Assembly (NCBI GenBank): GCA_964399335.1
Contig: CAYNQI010000006.1
Coordinates: 34,005-50,124, forward strand
Origin: an uncultured Thermoplasmata archaeon
GTDB lineage: Archaea; Thermoplasmatota; Thermoplasmata; Halarchaeoplasmatales; Halarchaeoplasmataceae
Direction: 5' to 3'
DNA: 16,120 nt
The translations under genes and the position numbers were made by a program. The notes beneath the pieces are model-generated. The model made no database searches, was not told the DNA's origin, and saw only the letters and a program-made list of their open reading frames with translations. Positions 1-6,168 of this stretch are shown here, piece by piece (the stretch's first letter is position 1; the number at the start of each line of letters is the position of its first letter).

Positions 1-1309
1 GTATCCCGGGCCATGTAACAATCATTAATAAACTATGTAGTGGATAAAATGGATATGATAATCCCCGAAACACATAAAAGATCAAAACGATAGTAGATAG
101 TAACGTGACTGCAGGTGGAAGGTATGTTCTAGCATTCCAAAGGTATTTTCTATATTTGGCCTTTGTATGTAGCATACCAAATATGGATAATCCTAAAGGA
201 GTTAATATCATTAAAAATCCAAGAAAACTATGATAGAAATAGTGAGAGTATGGACCGATGATAGTTAAAACGAAACTAAAAAAAATCACGGTTAAAAAAG
301 TGGATCCAAGATATTTATAGAACTTCTTCTTTGACCATCCTCTTAATTTTTCTTTTTTCTCCTTTAGAAGATAGTTAGCTTTTTTGATTTTACCGTCTTC
401 AAGGGCTATCTCTATCTCCCTTATATCGATATCTTGATCCTGTTCATTTACTCTAGATAACTCATCTTTTATTGCTTCATAAGTCCTATCTAATTCCATC
501 TCTGAATTTAAATAAAGTTTCCATCTTGTTACATTTATTTTTTTAGAAGTCGCCTCAAATCCTGGTCCGTATATAGTCCCTCTATCTCCGGACTTACCAA
601 GGTCTCCATAGATTGATTTATCGATATAAAAAACTCGGTAATTCTCTTCACCATCTATATACTCGACTTCTCCTCTAAATCCTTTTTTTGTTTCCAATTT
701 TTTTAATATCCTCTTTATATGTTTTTCTTTCAGGCCGATCCTTTCCGATAGATGGTTAAGGGGAATTGTGTTTCCCTCCCCTATCCTCAATATCTCACCT
801 AAAATTATTTCTTTTTCCTTTGTTTTACCCTTAACATAAGCTAATAAGAGTCCGATACTACTACAAAGAGATAGAAAACTAATCCCATAATAGCTCAATC
901 CTGACAACATTTCTAAACCAGCTAGTATGAATAAAAAAATAAAAGATATTACCAAAATGACCCCTATACTTGCGAGATAAGAATTCCTATTCCAGAGATG
1001 TTTTCCAAATCTTACTTCATGGTACTTAAGATATACCAATAAGTAGATGAAAAGACTATAATAGATGAGATAAAACCATATAAAAAACAATTCTGTGAAG
1101 GACGCAGTTATATAAGAAGCAAATATCACAAAGATGATCCCTATTATCGAATATTGGAATTTTTTTCTTTTAGACCAACCTTTGCCATTGCCTTTTTCCT
1201 CTAGTGGTTGAGAGTTCTCCTCTAAATTAGTTGGTGGAGGATAGTAACCTTTTAAATCATTGTCATCTTTTTCATGTTCCCATTCCTTTGAATCTTCTAT
1301 ATTATCACT
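1..1309 (-). CDS. Uncharacterised multi-pass membrane protein, 3' end outside the window; two homologous TM modules flank a winged-helix-like soluble region; start codon unresolved
   Basis: Manual translation shows no stop from 1309 to the left edge (~436 codons), which is probably why the ORF track omits it. An in-frame TGA lies at 1310-1312. Hydrophobic blocks at ~850-1150 and ~1-300. Upstream TTTATAAA at 1333-1340 and AGGTGA at 1310-1315. Confidence 0.75.
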
Positions 1310-1544
1310 TCACCTATATAATCTGATATATGTTTATAAATCTATCACCAACTATAGAAATAATCCCATATCTTTGATAATCACTTATAATATGCATTTC
1401 CTCCTGATCAATCACACTGATACGTATTTCTTTAGATTACATAATATTTATGGTAGTTAGCATTAAATGAGTAAAAAATTTTTAGAAGAAATCCCTTAAT
1501 TAAGATAAGAGGTGTAGAATCATTTTAAAACTATATCGAGAGAC

Positions 1545-1637
1545 TTACCTACAATTAGAATCCCCACATACAGGACATAACCAACAACCCTCGGTAGGTA
1601 CCATCTCATTTTCACATGCTTCACATTCCTTACTCAT
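1545..1637 (-). CDS. 30-aa Cys-rich zinc-finger microprotein MSKECEACENEMVPTEGCWLCPVCGDSNCR (alternative ATG at 1640)
   Basis: CxxC-x9-CxxCxxC-x4-C pattern. GGTGA Shine-Dalgarno at 1642-1646, TTAAAT TATA-like element at 1668-1673, upstream box at 1686-1705. Below the ORF-track size cutoff. Confidence 0.8.
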   Translation of the reverse strand: MSKECEACENEMVPTEGCWLCPVCGDSNCR

Positions 1638-1685
1638 CATCTCACCGTATTGACATCCGAAGAACAGATTTAACTATTCACAGCA

Positions 1686-1705
1686 GGGAGATCAGTGAAA
1701 GTGAA
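1686..1705 (-). promoter_or_regulatory. Putative DNA-damage-responsive upstream element (TTCACTTTCAC-N4-CTCCC) for the microprotein gene
   Basis: Plus strand GGGAG-atca-GTGAAAGTGAA, 16/20 identical to 4617-4636. Core resembles the Halobacterium UV motif TTTCACTTTCA and contains the Sulfolobus ANTTTC element. Confidence 0.65.
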
Positions 1706-1714
1706 CGATAAAGA

Positions 1715-3853
1715 TCAAGCCCGTTTCATCTCTCTTTCAACCTGCTTCTCATCATATCCAAAAGGAGACAACATCTCATCAACCACCCGGTAAAAGTATT
1801 TTGAATAAAAATCTCTATCATAATGTTCCACATCACTGCCTTCGATCTTGACTTTCTCCCGGTAATGTTTACTTTTCTGATCAGTGACTATATATCTTAC
1901 GTATTCTCCGGGATGGACAGGGATATCTTCATCTTGGTATTGAAGTAGAGCGGCTTTAGTTTCTATAAGATTGCTGTACTCCTCTGCCTTCTTGGAAACT
2001 GTCTTTGAGAAGTACAGTTCTTTAAAATCGACTTCTTCCCTTTTCAATTGTATGAAATCTTTTTTTATTAAATCCATTGCTTCTTCAACTTTTTCTTCCA
2101 ATTCATCTAGGTTCCGAGCATCTTTCATGCTTTCCAACACTTTCCTCTGGACTTTTTTAAAGAATTTCGGAGTATCTTTACGCCTAGCATGTATACCTCG
2201 CATCTCGGTTTCTCCCTCTAAAACTCCATAGTACCGGTTAGCCACTCCCAAACCATCCGATTTACTGGGAAGAAAAACGATCCATCTATAAACCCCTTCT
2301 TTTTCGAGTAAAATACTTGTTTCATTTTCCACATCTTCGATCAATACATCTAATTTCTCTCTCTCACCCTTCAACCAAAGAGAATCTACTATCCCATGGA
2401 TCAACTTGTAGCCCATCTCTTGAGCTATATCCGCGGCTGTTATCAGTATATCTCTTCCGTAAGCGGTAACACTTTCATGAACTTCTATATTACTGAATCT
2501 AGCCTTTTTATAACCCGTATAACCAAAACACGTAACTAACAACCACTTCAGCGTATCGGCCCGTTTAGAAAAGCGTTCCCCCTTCATACTTTTGTATCTC
2601 TGCCGACGCTGGATCAGTGGTGAAACTACCTTCGGTATGAGTCCACGGCGTCGATCACATACTTTATAACCCAACTCCGGAACCTTATGAAACTCCCCAC
2701 AGTCACATCCAATGGTCTCAGGTGACAAATTGTACTTATCTATTATAGATGGATACATACTGGCGAAATCTAATTTAAGGACGTTGAAATGGACCCCCAT
2801 CTCAGGTTCAAAAATATGTCCACCTCTATCAGCTTTCAACAACTGCTCGGCACTTTTAAACCTTTCAGATATATTCCTTTTCCACGGTACTAGGTAACCA
2901 TCATCCATGGCACATTCAAGTTCCATGGCATCGATGGCGGTTCCGGGGCTCCTCCTGGCGAGTTTCTGGAGAGGGATCTTAGAAAGTCTAGATATCTCTA
3001 TGAGCCCATCAAGACCTCCCTCACGATACAGGAATGAATTCTGCACATCGATATGGACCCTACCTTTCAAGTGGTGAGAAGGGGGTTTGTAGATGACTCT
3101 ACCGTAGGAAACATGGGATGATCCTTCCTTACGCGCATGAATAGACCGTTCCCGACCTAGTTTCAAATCTTCGTTATTCAACCTAGCCCGATGAAATAAA
3201 TAAGGTATCAAAAAGGGATCTCCGTTGGAAGTCAATATCACGTCCGGATCTTTGATCTCTATCTCCCTGTTGAGTTCTTTGATCATCTCTTTTTCACTCC
3301 CAACCATAACTGAGTCTCCCAACTTTATTGAAGATATCTGGTCATCCATGGCCGGGATACCTTTCGTTTCGAAATCCACTGAAAGTGATGCCTCCCGAAG
3401 AGATGGAAGAGAATAATTCACATCGGTGTCTTTCTCTAACTCTATCCATCCATCGTTCTTATCGACCAGTGAAAAAGGTCGTATGCCCTTTTCTATAAGG
3501 TACCTCTGTCCCAACGGGATATCCACATTATAGAACTCATAATTATCATATCCTTCAAAAAAATGCAGAGCATCCGCTTGTTTTCTTGGATCGAAGACAT
3601 GACCTGGAGATATCTCTAAAACTTCCTTTTCTACTTTATCATATATGGTGGTTTTTTTAGAAACGTAACTCGTTTCGAAGTCCATATCTTGATAGAATTC
3701 TTCGATCTCTCCGTAGTTTCCGTCCGAAGCTTCGACGTAAAAAAGTGGGTTATAATCTTCGAAGACCTTGTAGGTTCTATCAATAGTCTTCATCCAGAGA
3801 ACCATCTTTTTCCTTTTCAGGTCCGGATAAATATCCAATATCCATCCTTTCAT
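1715..3853 (-). CDS. polB2: Family B DNA polymerase, archaeal PolB2 (Dpo2) group
   Basis: Motif A DFASMYPSII, motif B KWLLVTCFGY, motif C HGIVDS (PolB2-type, in place of YGDTDS), degenerate exonuclease motifs, and linkage to iRadA and the small helical gene. Likely start is the ATG at 3853 (MKGWILDIY), not the track's TTG at 3871. Confidence 0.9.
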   Translation of the reverse strand: MKGWILDIYPDLKRKKMVLWMKTIDRTYKVFEDYNPLFYVEASDGNYGEIEEFYQDMDFETSYVSKKTTIYDKVEKEVLEISPGHVFDPRKQADALHFFEGYDNYEFYNVDIPLGQRYLIEKGIRPFSLVDKNDGWIELEKDTDVNYSLPSLREASLSVDFETKGIPAMDDQISSIKLGDSVMVGSEKEMIKELNREIEIKDPDVILTSNGDPFLIPYLFHRARLNNEDLKLGRERSIHARKEGSSHVSYGRVIYKPPSHHLKGRVHIDVQNSFLYREGGLDGLIEISRLSKIPLQKLARRSPGTAIDAMELECAMDDGYLVPWKRNISERFKSAEQLLKADRGGHIFEPEMGVHFNVLKLDFASMYPSIIDKYNLSPETIGCDCGEFHKVPELGYKVCDRRRGLIPKVVSPLIQRRQRYKSMKGERFSKRADTLKWLLVTCFGYTGYKKARFSNIEVHESVTAYGRDILITAADIAQEMGYKLIHGIVDSLWLKGEREKLDVLIEDVENETSILLEKEGVYRWIVFLPSKSDGLGVANRYYGVLEGETEMRGIHARRKDTPKFFKKVQRKVLESMKDARNLDELEEKVEEAMDLIKKDFIQLKREEVDFKELYFSKTVSKKAEEYSNLIETKAALLQYQDEDIPVHPGEYVRYIVTDQKSKHYREKVKIEGSDVEHYDRDFYSKYFYRVVDEMLSPFGYDEKQVEREMKRA

Positions 3854-4094
3854 CTTCCACCTTCCTTTCAAGTCTAGCTAAGGTCTTTTGATGTTCGAGT
3901 AATATCGAGATAAATAATGATTCCATAGGATCTGGATTGGCTTGATATTGGGCGGCGGAACCGTGTTTCTTTGCGTTGAGCATGAGTTCTTCGAAATACT
4001 TCCTTTCCTCTTTTCTAAGAGCCCTTTTGAACTTCGACCACTCTGAGATTATTTTATCGAGTTCCTCCCTGTAAGTTGGCACACTTTTTCCCAT
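3780..4094 (-). CDS. Small alpha-helical PolB2-associated protein (arCOG07300-like)
   Basis: MGKSVPTYREELDKIISEWSKFKRALRKEERKYFEELM pattern, position between iRadA and polB2, and GGAGGTGA SD 5 nt before the ATG at 4094. Confidence 0.8.
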   Translation of the reverse strand: MGKSVPTYREELDKIISEWSKFKRALRKEERKYFEELMLNAKKHGSAAQYQANPDPMESLFISILLEHQKTLARLERKVEDERMDIGYLSGPEKEKDGSLDEDY

Positions 4095-4572
4095 ATATCT
4101 CACCTCCTAATTTAGATTCAAAAATCTCTACATAGGGATCGGCCACTGCACAGTATATATCACGGTTCAAAACCAATTTTCTCAACTTCTTTACACACCT
4201 AGCTCGAAGCCATGTCCCTTCTTCACCGTCTAGATCTTCGAGAAATCTACTGCTTAAATCGATCAAACCCAGGAATATGATGCTATCATCATTGTTAACG
4301 ATCTCCTCTGCCTTATCCACCATATCTCTTAGTTGATAGGCTGTAAATCCTCTGCAGAGTAAGATCTTTGTCAATATCTCATCTTCTTCCAAACCCAATT
4401 TTTTACAGATCCTAACCATCCAGTATGGATCGATCTTGGCACTTCCATCTATTATAAGGGCTCTCTTATCCGAACCACTCACAACCTCTACAGCAAGTGT
4501 GCTTATGAAACGGTGGTTGCGGGTCTGGAATGTCTTGATTTCTCCCTTCTCTATAAATGGATCAAGTTTCAT
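4054..4572 (-). CDS. Inactivated RadA/RecA-like protein (iRadA) of the PolB2 operon
   Basis: RecA-core-like segments (ALIIDGSAKIDPY; ILTKILLCRGFTAYQL) with no GxxGxGKT Walker A; first gene of the polB2 cluster. Confidence 0.8.
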   Translation of the reverse strand: MKLDPFIEKGEIKTFQTRNHRFISTLAVEVVSGSDKRALIIDGSAKIDPYWMVRICKKLGLEEDEILTKILLCRGFTAYQLRDMVDKAEEIVNNDDSIIFLGLIDLSSRFLEDLDGEEGTWLRARCVKKLRKLVLNRDIYCAVADPYVEIFESKLGGEIYGKKCANLQGGTR

Positions 4573-4596
4573 GGGAGATACTATTTCTGTTTCAAA

Positions 4597-4636
4597 GTAT
4601 AAGAAGAGTCTCGTAGGGGAGGATGGTGAAAGTGAA
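4597..4636 (-). promoter_or_regulatory. Promoter of the iRadA operon: TATA-like TTATAC (4597-4602) plus upstream box TTCACTTTCAC-N4-CTCCC (4617-4636)
   Basis: TATA-like element 25-30 nt before the ATG at 4572. ATTCACTTTCA (4627-4637) is a 10/11 match to TTTCACTTTCA. Same geometry as at 1668-1705. Confidence 0.65.
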
Positions 4637-4665
4637 TCAGTAATAATAAAAATCTTCCTTTGGAT

Positions 4666-4673
4666 TTATATAT
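4666..4673 (+). promoter_or_regulatory. TATA box of the SAMP/ThiS gene (probably leaderless transcript)
   Basis: TTTATATA ending 21 nt before the ATG at 4695; no SD. Confidence 0.55.
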
Positions 4674-4694
4674 AACATCAAATTTTCAGGTACT

Positions 4695-4886
4695 ATGAAA
4701 GTAGATGTAGAAGGTGAAGGAGAAATAACGTTGGAAAATGGAAAGTTGATATCGGACCTCGTTAGTAAACTCGACCATCATCAGGATTCAGTTATAGTTT
4801 TGAGGGATGGAGAACCTTTGCCACTAGATGAGAAGCTCGAAGACGGCATGAAACTCAAGGTTGTTTCTGTTGTTTCTGGCGGGTAG
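4695..4886 (+). CDS. Ubiquitin-like small archaeal modifier / ThiS-MoaD family protein
   Basis: 63 aa, beta-grasp-like pattern (VIVLRDGEPLP; LEDGMKLKVVSVVSGG) ending in C-terminal GG. Confidence 0.9.
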   Translation: MKVDVEGEGEITLENGKLISDLVSKLDHHQDSVIVLRDGEPLPLDEKLEDGMKLKVVSVVSGG

Positions 4887-5694
4887 GTTCTCTTTTTGGA
4901 AGGGATACAACGCTAATGATGTTTTCGTAGAATTCAGGCATTATTTCGAAGACTATCAACATTAGAATGATCAAAAGTATCACTGAGCCGATTTTAGCTA
5001 TTTGGTTGTGAGCCGTATGGAATGAAGTTATATTCTCATAGGTCAGATAGATGATCATAACGTTCCTGAGAACGTTTGCGATGTATATGGTAGGGACGAC
5101 CACTAACAGACTTTTTATCTTTATTCTTCTTTCAGCATCGGTAGAATATATCAAAGCGCCTCCAGCTGCGATAGCTTGAAGACCGGTGCATGCCAGTATG
5201 ATATTGATATTGGAACCTACGATAGCAACTCGTATATTCTCGTAGCTGGTCCTGTAAAAGAGAGATGTTTCTCCGTACATTATCGGACCTACGGTGAATT
5301 CGTATCCCATCAGATCAAGCAGCATATTTGTATGATCGGAAACTATCCTGATCAGGTACCCCGAAATGATAGGTATTCTTTGTACACCAAAATAGATCAA
5401 CATCCCTATTGAGATCCCACCGGCTAAAAAACGCATCACTTCCGGGTCTTCATCCCATTCTTTCGATAAGTATTCGTTATAAGCAAAATAAAGAAAAAGC
5501 GGGAGTGTGATTATACATAAGGCGGCGTTCACATAATCAGATATCGATATAAAATAAGGTGCTTCTGTGACCCAAAAAACACTTAGAAGTGCAAAACCTA
5601 GCATCCGAAATTGATGTTTCTTATACTCTGATATAAACCCAAAGAGAAGAGTGAAGATGCCGATCCATAAAATTATCTCAGAGTACATGATCAA
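4855..5694 (-). CDS. artA: Archaeosortase (A-like; exosortase/archaeosortase family)
   Basis: Multi-TM protein with catalytic Cys in IILACTGLQAIA, Arg in ANVLRN and downstream His (HNQIAK). Subtype is less certain than family. Start is TTG 5694 or ATG 5688. Confidence 0.8.
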   Translation of the reverse strand: MIMYSEIILWIGIFTLLFGFISEYKKHQFRMLGFALLSVFWVTEAPYFISISDYVNAALCIITLPLFLYFAYNEYLSKEWDEDPEVMRFLAGGISIGMLIYFGVQRIPIISGYLIRIVSDHTNMLLDLMGYEFTVGPIMYGETSLFYRTSYENIRVAIVGSNINIILACTGLQAIAAGGALIYSTDAERRIKIKSLLVVVPTIYIANVLRNVMIIYLTYENITSFHTAHNQIAKIGSVILLIILMLIVFEIMPEFYENIISVVSLPKREPTRQKQQKQP

Positions 5695-5789
5695 TTTTTC
5701 ACACCTATTACTTTGTCTTTGTTAAAATAACTAAATAAGGTTATAGATAAATATATGGGTGTTATCTTTTTGCAATCTAAGTTCGGTTT

Positions 5790-5806
5790 GGAAAACATAT
5801 ATATAT
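5790..5806 (+). promoter_or_regulatory. BRE/TATA promoter of the stand-alone 5S rRNA gene
   Basis: Purine-rich GGAAAA followed by ATATATATAT, ending ~23 nt before G5830. Confidence 0.55.
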
Positions 5807-5829
5807 CACATCCAATTAACACTTTTAAC

Positions 5830-6062
5830 GAGCAACATGACGGCCATAGCGGTGGGGTAACACCTGGTCTCATCCCGAACCCAGAAGTTAAGCCCACCCG
5901 CGTTCTCTGTTGTACTGTGGTGCGCGAGCCCACGGGAAGCCTAGGTCCTTCGCGGACCCCTGGATCGATGGCTTAGGTTAGGAGCCTGGCTCTCTTCGGG
6001 GAGTAAGGTAAACCTAACTGTTTGAAGGCTACTTTCGACCCTTGGCCCGCTGTCAGTTGCTC
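5830..6062 (+). rRNA. rrf: 5S rRNA gene with a ~100-nt insertion (~5941-6040) and an extended helix I
   Basis: Canonical archaeal 5S elements: GACGGCCATAGCGG, CCCGAAC, GAAGTTAAGCCC, GTACTG...GCGAG...GGGAA. The helix I 3' strand GCTGTCAGTTGCTC lies at 6049-6062, about 100 nt later than normal. Exact mature ends are uncertain. Confidence 0.93.
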
Positions 6063-6070
6063 ACTTATAA

Positions 6071-6080
6071 TTCTTTTTTT
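6071..6080 (+). terminator. Oligo-T terminator after 5S rRNA
   Basis: TTCTTTTTTT 8 nt after the helix I 3' strand. Confidence 0.55.
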
Positions 6081-6168
6081 AATAAAAGTTTAAAATAGAT
6101 GCAGATTAGAATATTCAATATCGGTTAAAAAGGAATGTGAATTAACTAAAATAGTAGAAGAAGAGTTT

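Noticed and set aside
1314-1397. 27-aa minus-strand ORF (MHIISDYQRY...) after an AGGAGG
   Set aside because: SD is only 2 nt from the ATG, there is no recognisable motif, and it spans the downstream TATA box; cannot be supported.
1260-1460. 66-aa plus-strand ORF in the track
   Set aside because: AT-rich intergenic or antisense frame with no motif or SD; overlaps the promoter of the minus-strand ORF.
3380-3388. TGAAAGTGA partial match to the damage box
   Set aside because: Inside the polB2 coding sequence, lacks the CTCCC element, and has no suitably spaced gene start; likely chance.
5691-5976. Track ORFs 5691..5933 (-) and 5755..5976 (+)
   Set aside because: Both overlap the 5S rRNA gene and its promoter; spurious.
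5936-6046. 5S insert as a bulge-helix-bulge intron or mobile element
   Set aside because: I could not find a convincing BHB at the junctions, terminal inverted repeats or an ORF by eye; expansion segment is the simpler reading, pending RNA data.
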